From Antedon mediterranea (taxonomy: Eukaryota; Animalia; Echinodermata): a stretch of DNA of 64,000 bases. The stretch spans positions 22,395,237-22,459,236 of the forward strand of contig NC_092672.1 of assembly GCF_964355755.1 (NCBI RefSeq), written 5' to 3'. Each line of letters begins with the position of its first letter. Positions within the stretch are counted from its first letter, which is position 1. Under the pieces are notes generated by a model. It was given only the letters and a program-made list of their open reading frames with translations. It was not told the DNA's origin and did no database searches. This document shows, in pieces, positions 26,301 to 39,244 of the stretch. A program made the translations under genes and the position numbers.

Positions 26301-29300
26301 CCTGTATGCCAGAATCCATGGATTCAGTTTAAATATATTTTAAAAGATATGAATACACTAGGCATGTTGTAACTTATAAGTGGCATCCATTTTTGTATTT
26401 TAAGATGTACAGTTTTTGTATGCATATAATCAAACCACTATATGTATAGGCCTAAAGGTTAAAAGAGTAAAGATCAGAAAATAACGAAAAAAGTAGAAAA
26501 CGGAAATTTAATGTATGAAAATGAAATGTGAACGAAATTTGTATGAAAGAATGAATAAAGGTGGTGGTTAACCACAAAAGAGAAAAAAAAAGGACTGATA
26601 GGAGATCCACTTTTTCACAATTAGTAATTATATATTTTAATAGTTTGCCACCCAAAGTCGTCATTTCTGAAACCACTAACACATTTAAAAACCGATTGGA
26701 TTTGTTGTAGAAATTAGGTTAAAAGGGTAAACAAATTTACCTATCTAAACTATCAGAACCAATATTCTAAACACTGAGTGGATGATTGATCAATTAAAAA
26801 TAGAATCATTGGTATAACAAGAAACGCTGTAATTCATTGATAGGTTCTGCATGACATGGTCAGACTGATCACGAATCACACATAATACACAATATTCTTT
26901 CGAACTGACAGATGATAAGGAAGATCTTATATTTAAAAGTAACAACTTATTGAAAGAAAAAAAAACAGTAGAACTTAAAACTTCATGAGTCACTGAGAAA
27001 GCATCGCTCTAAACCTTTGCGGATTTCTATAAGGTAACTGTTTCGATAAAATATATAAAAACTGACAGAAAATCTGCTAATCAACCATTGGAGTATGATC
27101 GTAGCCCAATTTTAATATCTTTAACCAAATATGACTTCACATATCTTGATGGATGGCGTTGAAATACCCACAGATGTTCCAGAAGAAAACTTACAGTAAA
27201 AACATGATGGTCATCCACTATAGGATGCAGTAAACATGGCTGTAAACATTTGGGGACTATGCAAGTATTTATGCAAGTTACCTAGATATTTCGTCATTTT
27301 GTTGTATTTGATCATTACATTGGAAAGGGGTGGATAAAAGCAGTGACACGATTGAAAGGATAGTCCCAATGTACTAATCTGTACTTCCGTATGTGTTTTG
27401 GGCCACACTCATCGGTTTGGAGAACAAATATCACACAGTTTTGTCAATAACAAAGATCTTGCAATTATACATAAAGTTGATGTTAATTAATGATATGCAC
27501 TTTGTAACAGTAGCCTTCAAAAGTATGGACGATGTCTGGTATAGTGAACAATAAAGTGGTTGAAAACCTATTAAGAATAATCTAACCAGCTTCCATGCTA
27601 TTACAGGTTGCAACACGTCATTATTTGCTGGTTATGGGAAGAGGTCATACTGGAAATCATTTTTAACGCATCCACTCCTTGTAAATGGAATTGATTAAGA
27701 TTAAGACTTTCCACGTACAGTGTACACTAAAGTTTAATATTGCCAAATATATGGTACTCTTGAGCAGATAACTGTATAGACTACAGACTACTCTTTGGTG
27801 CTATGTACCTCCATCTAGACTCAGTGAACATATACCAATAACACTAGTGATATATATTTCCCTTATATATTAAGTATTTCACTTCACTCAATAAATATTT
27901 AAGTACCTGTATTTATACTTCGGGAAGCACTTAAAATTAAAAAACTCACCTATGGTGAATACAGACATCATAGAACCTAAACATACGAGCCAACTATCAG
28001 GCAGAGATCAGGTTGTGGCCTAAATGAATCGGGTCGTTTGGAAGCCCCTAACCCAGTTGTCAGTTTGGAACTTGTTACATGTGTATGTAAACTAAAGAGC
28101 CAGATGAAGTTGTTACAGAAAGCATGCATATGTGGTTGTGATTCAATCGTTTGCCGTTACCCAGATGGCCAGTAGGCATTATATATCAGTGCTTGAAGAA
28201 ATACCCACCACAGAGCGTTACCTCCTTCCATCCCAGAAAATCTTCGAATATTGGCATGTGCCCATGCCGCCCATTACTCCCAACCCACAAACCCTCTGTG
28301 ACCGTTTTTAAATGAAATTTAAGACATTCCAGTAGGCTTCCAATTTCGGTTATTTTGATACTCTAGGACTCATCCTCTCCATTCCTTTAACACCTTCCAG
28401 GAGTGACTCAAAAATTTTAAAATCTTCCCAGTACAATTCTGGTCTTTTTGAAACCACACTATAACCATCAGCCCAAGGCTATCATGAAAATTATATTTAT
28501 TTCAATTATTAATACCGATAATTAACCGTGTCTGTGCTCTATTTGACCTTATGACCTTGAAAATGACCTTTAAACTTGTAAGTTGAAAAATTGATGAACT
28601 GCACCATCTGCAGTAATATGTCAATAATGATCCAATAATGGTTACATTTCTTTTAATTAGCTTATATGTTGTTGAAAACAGCTTAAACCTCTATTTTACC
28701 ATATTTGAACTTATAACCTTAAAAATGACCTTTGACCTGAAATTTGAGAGCGGCATCCACCCCTATCTTTTTTGTAATCCCATAAGGGATATATTCCACA
28801 TGGTTGCCTGCTATTAACAAAAAATGCCCCCATGATGAAAAAGCTCACATTGGCCGCCCTACTATAAAATTGTATTAAGAGATTTATTGAAAATTATGGT
28901 TTTAATTAATGTTTACTCAATTTGTAATAATAATGCTAAACAAAATAGGGTGAAGTTTGAACAACTTAGTGTATAAGTCATTTTCAACTGTTATATTCTA
29001 ATTGATACTAGATTGTACCACGTCACAATGTTAGCAAACTTCCTGCTTTGTAGCCATACTACAGTTTTTCATGAATATTTTCTGATTTTTGTAATACCAA
29101 CATAAACATGGTCAATTTATTTCATCTAAAAGAGATCAATGAAAAATTAAAATAGAGATCTAAAACAATAGATGATCACATTTTTTGATTTTAAATTGTC
29201 TGCTTTATGGCATATTTAACTGTCTACTGACTGCATATGTAAACAGTGATGATTGTTAGAATTCACATTTTCTGCACTCAGATCTTTAAATCACTGGTGC

Positions 29301-29482
29301 TTTACTTGTACATATACTTTACAGTGGAAACAGGATGCTACTTAGTTATTATCCCTAAAATACTTTTTTTTCTCTTTTGTGGCGTTAACCACTATTTATT
29401 CATTTCATTTCATCAACATATTAATACAATTATTTCTAATAATAATAATAATAACTATTCATTGTTATTCTTACTTTTGTTT

Positions 29483-29535
<53 letters not shown>

Positions 29536-29538
<3 letters not shown>

Positions 29539-29750
29539 GGCAGCACTTGCCAGCTTTATGCTCTGACGTTATCCAAATTCCTTCACTTGCACTGATGAAG
29601 GGCTAGTGTTGCCCGAAAGCTCTGCTAACTTTTCTGGCTGTTTACTTTATCGTTTTGATTTAGCTTTTCGCTTTTTATTTTTGTATCTCCATTGAGATCC
29701 AGCCACTGATACCCACAGCATTGTCATTTTTTTCAGTAATTTGCCTTTGG

Positions 29751-29753
<3 letters not shown>
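29536..29753 (+). mobile_element. Penelope-like element terminal-repeat fragment inserted in (TA)n
   Basis: Flanked by (TA)n on both sides and contains a hammerhead motif. Related copies lie at ~19670-19780 (-), ~20720-20780 (+) and ~58185-58350 (-). Confidence 0.65.
29587..29628 (+). ncRNA. Minimal type-I hammerhead ribozyme motif
   Basis: GCA-CTGATGA-A-GGGC(TAGTGTT)GCCC-GAAA-GCT-C-TGC: intact core, 4-bp helix II, palindromic AGCT helix III. Predicted cleavage after C29622. Confidence 0.7.
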
Positions 29754-29788
<35 letters not shown>

Positions 29789-30639
29789 TTTTATTTATTT
29801 TATCAACGTTACTGTTCTTGGAATCAGAGCATTAATATTTCTTTTCTGTTATCCACCTTTTTTCATAATTTTCTAGTAGTTTTTTTGTTCTATAATTCTC
29901 AACATCTAAAATTGTGAACACTTAACTAATAAATGTACTGTAGGAGATACATTTACTAATGCTGTATAGTTATTTTCGGTAGTATTCTTGACATATAATT
30001 CATTTATACCCTATATACAGATTATATACATTATTTTAAAATACGAATATAAAAAAAAAACAAAAACAAAAATATTAAAAATGCTTTTCTTACTCCTGAC
30101 GTGTCTAGTTTTATGTCTCATGGTTATATTTGTTTGCTTATCTTCTCGTGCGTTACTTATGTTGCGTTACGTTTCTTTTTTTCCCTAAAATACTTTGATA
30201 ACAAATAGTATATCAAGACACTTAAATGTTATGAAGAGGGAAGCTTGAATGCCACTATCATTCCAAAATAGGGATAGGCTGCTGTGTAGTGTTCATATGA
30301 CAGGTTCAGTTTTGAAATTCACTAGCTAGTAATAAAGCCTTAGTTTCTGTCTATAATAGCATTACTCCTAATACAGCATATTAAAGTTTAAAATTAAAAT
30401 GTTTAAATTTGAGAATTTTAATTTTCAATCTATTTCATATTTTCAAGAATCTGATGAGCATGACAAGTTGACAATATGAATTGCATTACATTACATTCAA
30501 AAGAAATCGTCATTATCAAGTAAGGAAAAAAGAGGGACTTGCCTTCATTTTAAAGTTAGTTTGTCATAGATCTATGATATATACAGCCATGAAAAATATG
30601 AATACCAATACCAAAAATATAAAAAGATGGGATGTTGAA

Positions 30640-30925
30640 CCCACAAATGTGAAAACGCCCACAAATGTGAAAACAACCACAAATGTGAAAACGCATCACC
30701 CACAAATGTGAAAACTACCACAAATGTGAAAACAACCACAAATGTGAAAACAACCACAAATGTGAAAACGCATCACCCACAAATGTGAAAACAACCACAA
30801 ATGTGAAAACGCATCAACCACAAATGTGAAAACAGCGCCCACAAATGTGAAAACGATCATCGCCCACAAATGTGATAACGCCCACAAATGTAAAAACAAG
30901 AGAGACTTTTTCGCCCACAAATGTA
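30640..30925. repeat. Minisatellite of CCACAAATGTGAAAAC units (18-21 bp), probably the subterminal array of a non-autonomous DNA transposon (to ~31435)
   Basis: About 14 copies, followed by ~120-bp diverged units marked by CAAGGTCAAGG at ~31147, 31266 and 31389. Confidence 0.85.
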
Positions 30926-32008
30926 AAAAAAATCAGATCAAATTTAATGCTAGATTCAGACAAACATTATATCATGATTGTATTGAGTTGTTTGTTCACG
31001 ATACGTCTGTTAGGGTCGTCGTTAACACGTTGGATTATTATAATTTGCTGCTCATGCGCGCGATATTTGCACGTTAACTCGTTTGTTTAATGAACGTAAT
31101 AGTTCAAGACAATATTTGTTATTTGCTACGCGCGTGCACCATACTTCAAGGTCAAGGCCATGTTATATCATTGTTGCTTCTACTGTGTGGTTGTTGGCTT
31201 ACTATTATGTACGTATAGTTATAAGTCGATGTTCGATATATTTTTTTTGCGCGCACACGATACAACAAGGTCAAGGTTAAATTGCTACTTGTATGTAGTG
31301 TGTGGTTATTAACTCGTTGGCTTACTGTTATGTACGTATAGTTCAGTCGATGCTCGATTCGATGTTTTTGGGCGCGTACACGATACCACAAGGTCAAGGT
31401 CATATATACTATTGCTACTTGTGTACAACCCCACACCTCATAGGATACATACAGTACAAAACAATTACGGCCTAGACTCTGCTTCTACAGATCATTTATT
31501 CAGACTATTCAGGCCACTGGTTCCTTCTAAGCATGCACAATACAATTGTGTCATCGTCTCCATTGAATCCTTTGCTTACAAGTAATCAAAGTGGTGGTGA
31601 AGCAGGTTGATTTGACAGGTTTCCATGTTATTTCATTGCCCCTTGCTTATTCTTAGTAATATTTATTATAGTACCTTAACACAACTTCTGTTACACAAGG
31701 CAAACTAGTGCTGGTCTATTGATACTAAAACTAAGAAATCTTCTGACAGACTGTCACTTAGAGCTGGTTTATATCCATTGTTAATCTAATTTGTTTTAAT
31801 TCTGAATTGTTTGACTTGGCATAACCATCTGGTATGCAAATAACCATCTGGTATGCAAACACAATAATCATTACCTGTACAAATTGTTGTACTTTATTAT
31901 TAGGAATTTAAAAGAGAAATAAATGTTACCTTTAAGTTTGATTTTTGATAATGATAATTATCTATATTATGTGAAATATAATAACCTCTATGTGCCTAAT
32001 ATTTTCAG

Positions 32009-32107
32009 TATAAAAGAACACCTTTGTCTTATGCTGCTGAAGCTGGTCACAGCAGCACATGTATGTGCCTGATCAATGCAGGATCAGACGTGAATATTGC
32101 AGACGAG
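32009..32107 (+). CDS. Ankyrin-repeat exon: YKRTPLSYAAEAGHSSTCMCLINAGSDVNIADE
   Basis: ATTTTCAG acceptor, 99 bp, GTAAGT donor, phase 0-0, TPL..AA..GH motif. Confidence 0.95.
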
Positions 32108-34405
32108 GTAAGTCATGCAAACTTGTATTTAAGTGTCTCAAGTAATTGTATGATTTTAACAAAATATTTAAACTTTTTTTTCCAATTTAAAAAGTCTAGA
32201 TTAATTTTTTCATAAAATCTATAAATTGGAGTAATAAAGATTTTGTCTGATTTAATGTTGTAATTATAGATACAAAATCTTCACTCATCTTAAACCTTAC
32301 ATTATTTTAATGATTTACATTAATACATACAACAAATACAATACATTAGTTTACAATTTTTAATGACAGGTTTGCCAAATATAATTGTGGCACATTTCAA
32401 CAAATTACAGCATATAATTACTGTAGATAAAACCTGTTTAAATTACATTTGCTCATAAGAGCATTATCGTTCTTCGGAATGTGCCTTGAAAGCTTGGTCT
32501 TTGCTCTATCATCCTACTGTACTCCATTGCTTGTAGTATAATATCCTACTACCCGGTCTGTGTTAAATATAAAGGCATCCATGTCTAATTCATATTATAT
32601 TTACCTGTTTCAAATGAAAAAATGATTAGCTAGATTGTTTTAAATTTAAAGAAATGCAGAGAATAATTTGCAAGCATATAATTATATTTGAACATAATGA
32701 ACAACTATCTAAAAGTTAGTCTTCTTTATTGTACCTTTTTAATATCCATGTGGGTAAAGTACATTGAAAGAATCCTTTCTCACTTCTCATCTCTTGTGCT
32801 GGGATACATATGTTATTTGTTTTATTCTTTGACTTGATTTATATTATCTTTCATTTATATGTAATTGTGAAACATTCTAAGCATGCCATTATTTGAAAAT
32901 ATTTTCTTATCTTATTTTATGCAATGTTATTATATTCTTCAATTTTCAACAACAGCTAGCTATTTAAAAAGAAAGAAAGTTGATTGAATATAATTGTACG
33001 TAAATTTTTCAGAAAATTCAGTTGATGATCACTGTTAAAAAAAAAATATACAATAAGAAATATTTAATGCAGTATTTAAAATGAATTAATGAAAACAATT
33101 ATGCATTTCTTCAATGACCGCAAATGGTAACTGGCTGCAGGCCTTTTAATTTATTTTAAAGTCAGGTTTTTCAAAATTTACCCAACTTTGTCAATAAAAT
33201 GATCCAATATTGGGAAATAAGTAAATAATATTCTAATTTTAGCTATTAATTATGTGAAAATCATTAAATTTGAGACCTCTAATCAGTCTCATACTTAGTA
33301 ACTTTATTAAAACTAAAGACAAGTTTGACATGATGATTTTTTTGTCGCGAGAGAATAACGGTGTATTACTATCAGCAATTTAAAAAAAAAATAATGTTCC
33401 TCAAATTTTCTAGACTATAAAACATGTCCTACTATAACAATTTGTCATGATCCATTTTAAATTTGAGTGCTAAATAAAACTTGTCTGCTAAATCTAAAAC
33501 TTAGTTTTCTTTATCTTTCTGATTTGACAGTAAAACAAATGTAATGTCATTGCAAACCATTGTTTATATCACCATGGTTAAGGACAGTTTTAAAGAAAAC
33601 TGAATAGGCCAAATTTGTTTCGTTACGTTTCATGTCCAGGATTAGAATTTTTTATTTTTTATTTGAGAAATATGTGAAAGATGGTCTTACAGTTCAGTTG
33701 TGTTTACATACCTTAGAGTGCGTAATAAATGCTTCATTTTTATTTTTTTTATTACCATTAAAATACACAATGTAGCTAATAGATTAAAAAGCCATCCATC
33801 TCCAAAATTTGATTATAAAGGAAATGTGAAACTATTACATTTTCTTTTTATTTATTTTATCTTTCATATATGTTATTACTCTATGATTTATATATACTAC
33901 AGCTTGTGTATCTCTCAGTGTTCTTTCTTCTTTTTTTAATTAAAAAATGCCCTTTTGCAGCAATGTCAAATGACCAAAGCTAAATATAATTGTCAAAAAT
34001 AATGTACTATATGTACTGTAATTATTATTTACAAACTTTCTTATTTACAAATGGCGGTCATCACTAAGTTTGTTTACACTTGATATACTTACTTTCTGCA
34101 ATGTAAATTATAATATTTAAAGTACTACAGTATGTTATTTCAAAATTACATGGAACAATAAAGTTATTGATTAATAATTAATACTCCTCACACTTTTTTT
34201 AATTTTATTAATCAGATACTGTAATTTAATAATTTTGATAATGTGCCAAATTGTTAAGTTAAATTGCGAAGTGTATATGGTCATTATTACAGTTATGATC
34301 ATACTTCAGTTGAAAATAATTTCCATTAAACAAAGAAAAGGAGCACAATACATTCAATTGCTTTCTTTAACTTACCAGTATCAGTTAATTCATTGCAATT
34401 ATATC

Positions 34406-37400
34406 CAGGGCCTAATCCAAAACTTGTCACATCATAAATTTTTTAATTTTTCATTGGTTAAATTCTGTCCCGCCACCTTTCAGATACTATATATTGTTGT
34501 TATTACTATACCCTTAGATCATTTTTTATGAAACTTTGCCTAAATTTGAATTATAAGGTATTTATATTGAATATGTATTTAGATTTAATAAATAAAATAT
34601 AAATATTTTTTAATTAGCCTTTAATTAGTTTTCCGTCACGCCACTTGTTCAGATTCCGTCCCGCCACTTGTTTAAATTCTGTCCTTACTAATCTAGGTAA
34701 AAATTAAAATTCATTCATACTTTCAGTCTGTTTGGTCTCTAATTGTTCATTAATATTGATTAATGGTAGTTCTAAATTAGTCCTGCTGCAAATAGAATCA
34801 TTACCTTATAAATTCTCACCTTTATTTATAAAAAATAACTTTTTATTAATATGAATTATTCATGAGTTTGTAGCAAAAGGTACAATAAAATCGAATGCGA
34901 TTCTATTTAGCTTTAGAATATACGCAGCTTTTTTTGTTCTTTAATTGTAGAATTTCTATTTAAACACAATACACAAAAAATTGATGATTTTATCTATATT
35001 TAAATATAAAAAAACACATTGGTTTATGAAATTGCCACACTTGAGTGGACACAAGACTTGATTGGTTAAAAGTTTGTCCAATCCTATAGCAATACTTTTA
35101 ACCAATCGAGTAAGCAGTTTTGTTGGTGGGAAATCTGAATGAGTTAACCAACAGTGGAATTGCAGAATGTTGTGATTTCTGTTTTCTTTGGCATACTCTA
35201 CTGCTGGCTGGTATTTTCTAAAATCATAAATTTGTTAAATGGAATTCAACATGGAAAAAAGTAAATCTAAATATCAACGGTACCGTGAAAACCAAAAGAA
35301 AAAGTTGGATGAAGAGGTGCGATGCGATGCGAAAGAGGGACAAAAGACAAAAAATCAAGAATGATGCAGCAAAATTGGAAGCATATAGAAAGAAAGACAG
35401 AGAAAGGAAGAGGAATAAAGCCCAAGAAAGGAAAGCACTATCATCACCACAGGACACAGCAGACAAAGAAACCTCCTTTGTCAACCGCCAAGCAATGTCG
35501 AGAGCATTAAATAAAGCCTCAGAGGCTTTGCTGCACAGATTGTTGGAAACTTTACTCCAAACTCCAAAGAGAAATTGATCGATCGTATAAAATCACCAAA
35601 GCTAGTTGGTGTGAGAGGTAGGTTTCACTTTCATGTTTTAATAAAAAATGTTCAGAATTTAAACTAATAAAACTGAACTGGTTTTACACGATTATTGAAT
35701 GAATTTTACTTAAATATAGTGTCTGAAATGTAGCAAATTACATTTCAATGTATTATTTTAATATATTAATAAATTATTTGTTTAGACCATAGGGTAGGGA
35801 ACACAAAGGAGGGGGGGGGGGGGTTAGGATTTTTGTCGTTGTTTGGGGATGTAATAAGGAGTATTTGTTAATGCAAAACTAGCATTACGTTATTTGTAAA
35901 TTAATTTAGTTCAGTGTCAGTTAGAGAGCACATAGGCCTATACACATTTATTGTTTGTTTATTTTTATTATAAACATTATTAACCATATGGGAGATGGGG
36001 TAATCTCATATGTATGTAATAAGGACATTTGTATTTGAAAAAAGCATGTTTAATTTACAAACAATTGACAAATGATCATCCTTTATAATGTGTACAATAG
36101 TGCTTATTTGAAATCCAGAAGCTGTATAAAAATATACTACAATAATAATGTAATTTCTTTCTTTATAGGTGGCCGACCTACATATTCCGACTGGGAGACT
36201 GAATGGATCACACAATTTTTGAAGAGGGCAAACATTTCTTACACATGCCCCAGAAGAGGAGATAGTGTTTACATTGGTAAAGATGACAATCACAACAGTC
36301 TCTATCACCCAAGACACTACTGCTTTGGACTGTAAAAGAAATTGTGGGCTTGATAAATTCTGAAAATGATGATATGAAGGCTTCATATGGATCACTCTAC
36401 AGGAAGAAGAAGAAGTATATTTTCTTTAAAGATGATATGCCCGAGAACTCATGTGCATGTGAATACTGCGAGAATTTAAGCATGCTGCTGGAGATGGTAA
36501 AAAGGAACAAAGCTGACATTCCTCATGATATCAAGGATTTCATATCAATGTCTATGTGTGACCAATTAAGGAAGAGCTGTGCTTATGGTGAGTGCTTGAA
36601 TTGTTCAGATGGAAATGAGTACATCAACCGAGTGGTTCAAGATCTTCAGGGCTTAGAGACTGCAGTTTCTTATTTTCAGTGGAAGACTGATCCATCAACA
36701 CAGTATGCTATCAAGAAGTAAGTAACAGAAAGTGGGGCTGATGCAGCAACATAATTATTTAAGCAATATAAACACTACAAGATACACAACTACAATAATA
36801 TCAGGCAACATAGAGAGTTAATTGAGTTATTAAAGAAAAGAATTGCCAACACTCATGAAGTTATAATTCAAGTTGATTTCAGTATGAATTATGATAATAA
36901 ACAGAGAAATGATGTCCAAAAGGCATTTTTTGGACATGAACGTTTTAACATCTTCACAGCCTGTATTTGGTACAGGGAGTCTGGAGAGGTTAAGTGCCAA
37001 TCAAAATGTATTGTATCCAACAGGGCCAGGCATGACAAAGTACTTGCATACATTTGTTGCAAAGATTTAATTAAGTTAGCTCGTAAAATTGTTCCTCAAA
37101 CCAATGCAGTTCATTTTTGGTCAGATGGTTGTGGGGGCCAATTTAAAAGCAAATATTGTTTTTATTTAATTGCCTGTCTTTACCCCCATTAAAATTACAT
37201 GGAGTTATTTTGAGTCCCATCATGGGAAGGGGCCAGTTGACCGGATTGGCGGAATTTTAAAGACATCTGTCTATTCAGATGTTCGAACAGGGAAAGTTAT
37301 TATCACAAGTGCAAAAGAATTCACCAGTTATGGCAGTACAAGAATGAAACATATCCATATTTCATACTTGGACAATGAAGACGTGGAAGACCAAAAGCCC

Positions 37401-38232
37401 GATTTTCTAGACTTCTTAGTTTTTGACATACATGGGACACACCAAGTCCACTTTGTTGAAAGATGTGGCAAGAAATTAAATGTCTATCACAACAGCCATT
37501 TTTCTGGCACTTGGGAAGATGATAAAACACCATTCAAACAGAAAGAGTATGGAAGTAATGTGGAGGTTGATGTACCGGCACCGATAAAGTACAAAGTTGA
37601 TGACTGGGTTTTAGTTAATTATGAGAAAAATCAATACCCAGGTTTAGTAAAAAAAATAATTGATGATAACTTTGAAGTTAGTTGCTTGGAATCCTATGGT
37701 CCATCCCAATGGAGATGGCCAGACAAACCTGATATCATTTGGTATAAATCTAATCAGATATGTAGACAACTTGATGTACCAGAGCAGGTAATCACTGCCA
37801 GTAGATGTCTGTTAAAATTCCGTCCCGCCACTTTCCGTCCTGCCACTAGAGCAAATATTTTTAATTGAATTTTTCAAATATAATTCAATTGGGTGATTTT
37901 TCTAATTTTGCTTACCAAGTGTAAGTATATGTTGTTCATTATGATGTTATACTGAAATTTAAAGTTATAAAATAAACTTGAACTTTATAGCCATTTAAAC
38001 TTTTTGTATTATTTTGTTGAATATGTTCATTCCGTCCCGCCACCGAAACATTTTATGTTGCCATGACAACAGAGAGGCGGTGCATCATCAAACTAATTTT
38101 GCAAAATGTAGTACCTGTTATTAACTTGCTTGAGGCAAAATATTCACTCTCTGTGATTGGTATATAATAAATAATAAGTAGTATTGTATTTTCCGTCCCG
38201 CCACCGGCGGGGGGGTTTTGGATTAGGCCCTC
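34406..38232 (+). mobile_element. Sola2-like DNA transposon, near complete but inactivated
   Basis: TIR AGGGCCTAATCCAAAAC / GTTTTGGATTAGGCCCT(C), subterminal TCCGTCCCGCCAC repeats at both ends, and an internal DDD transposase. Confidence 0.8.
35251..37868 (+). pseudogene. Spliced Sola2-like transposase pseudogene (putative intron 35618-36168)
   Basis: Motifs QVDFSMNY, FWSDGCGGQFK and ESHHGKGPVD, a CACEYC zinc motif, and a C-terminal Tudor/SH3-like segment (DWVLVNY..YPG..WRWP..D). The GT..AG phase-1 intron joins the frames. Several stops and frameshifts. Confidence 0.8.
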
Positions 38233-38616
38233 CTACATTAAATATCATTGCAATTATTATACTACTATATAATTTGAATTCAAGCAAATTATGTAGTTAG
38301 ACAGGGGTAATAATGTCAGCTGCATTACATCAAATCAAGAAATTTTAATACAATCACACTGCTAGAAACAATGGTCAATTAATTGTGGTCCCAATAAGTC
38401 CCTCATAAAGAATGGAAAAATAATAATAATAATGATAAATAAATCAAAAATAACTTTAAAATCATAGCACATGGGCGGTACTCACCAATTTTCATATTTG
38501 TTGCTCAAAAACCAAAATGTAAAACCACTAATGCTAGAGAATTTATTTACAGACTTATGGCAAAATCAGCATTGCATTAAACTATCACATGGAAGTTTTC
38601 AAATATTATATACTAT

Positions 38617-39244
38617 GGCCCTGTTTCTGCTGCCAAGAATATACACACTGTATATGGTATATTTTATATGGTATTTTTTGTGGCAGCAGAAATTGGTCTC
38701 ATAAAAAATATACTGTATAAACATGGAGCTATAAAATTAGTTTTTATAGCTCCATGGTATAAATATACCGCATCGATACCGTTATCTCTGATATTTTATC
38801 ATATATTTCTTGCACCTTTCTGCTGCCTTATGAATATACCATCTATATTGTTCACCCATAATACAAGGTTTGTTAAACATACCCTACTTAGAACAATTAC
38901 TAAAATGTCACAGTGGACTGAAAATGTTAAGATATTTGCTCTATTTAAATGTGATAGAACCGAGGTTTCAGGGTAATAACTGGAGATGTGGAGTTTGGTT
39001 ATCGTCAAAACAAGTGAACAGTAAGCAGTAAAAAACAGCAAACTGACCATGAACAATGACTGCAAGCAACACACAGGGTTTTCCGGACCCATAGGGGATT
39101 TTGAGGGATCGAACCATAGCTATCTATTCCTCAATCCATACAATCTCACAAAGTAGTTTTCAAAAGGAACGGGTCACCGAATTATAATTCTAATATATTA
39201 TTACGGTATGTTTATGCCGTACATATTGTAGCAGAAACAGGGCC
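38617..39244. mobile_element. MITE, PIF/Harbinger-like
   Basis: 15-bp TIR GGCCCTGTTTCTGCT / AGCAGAAACAGGGCC with a 3-bp TAT TSD. A related end lies at ~11743. Confidence 0.75.

Larger units (their letters stand above)
22905..28864 (+). mobile_element. Academ DNA transposon, internally deleted and decayed, with nested insertions
   Basis: Termini TAGT..ACTA, long imperfect TIRs (GGGGCATTTTTTGTTAATAGCAGGCAACCATG..ATAGGGGTGGATGCC inverted at both ends) and TAA TSD. Protein remnants LLDFIKVGRSGNWGLLLEAFASMLSW (~23750), FHAITGCNTSLFAGYGKRSYWK (~27590), IRANYQA and a Cys-rich tail (~27980-28170). Confidence 0.85.

Noticed and set aside
29246-29606. Membrane-protein-like ORFs with IYIYIY
   Set aside because: They are translations of (TA)n and (AAT)n microsatellites.
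30481-31090. ORFs with PTNVKT/FSHLW repeats
   Set aside because: They are a by-product of the CCACAAATGTGAAAAC minisatellite.
32024-32215. 63-aa ORF as a complete gene
   Set aside because: Only 32009-32107 is ankyrin-like and bounded by splice sites. The rest is intron read-through.
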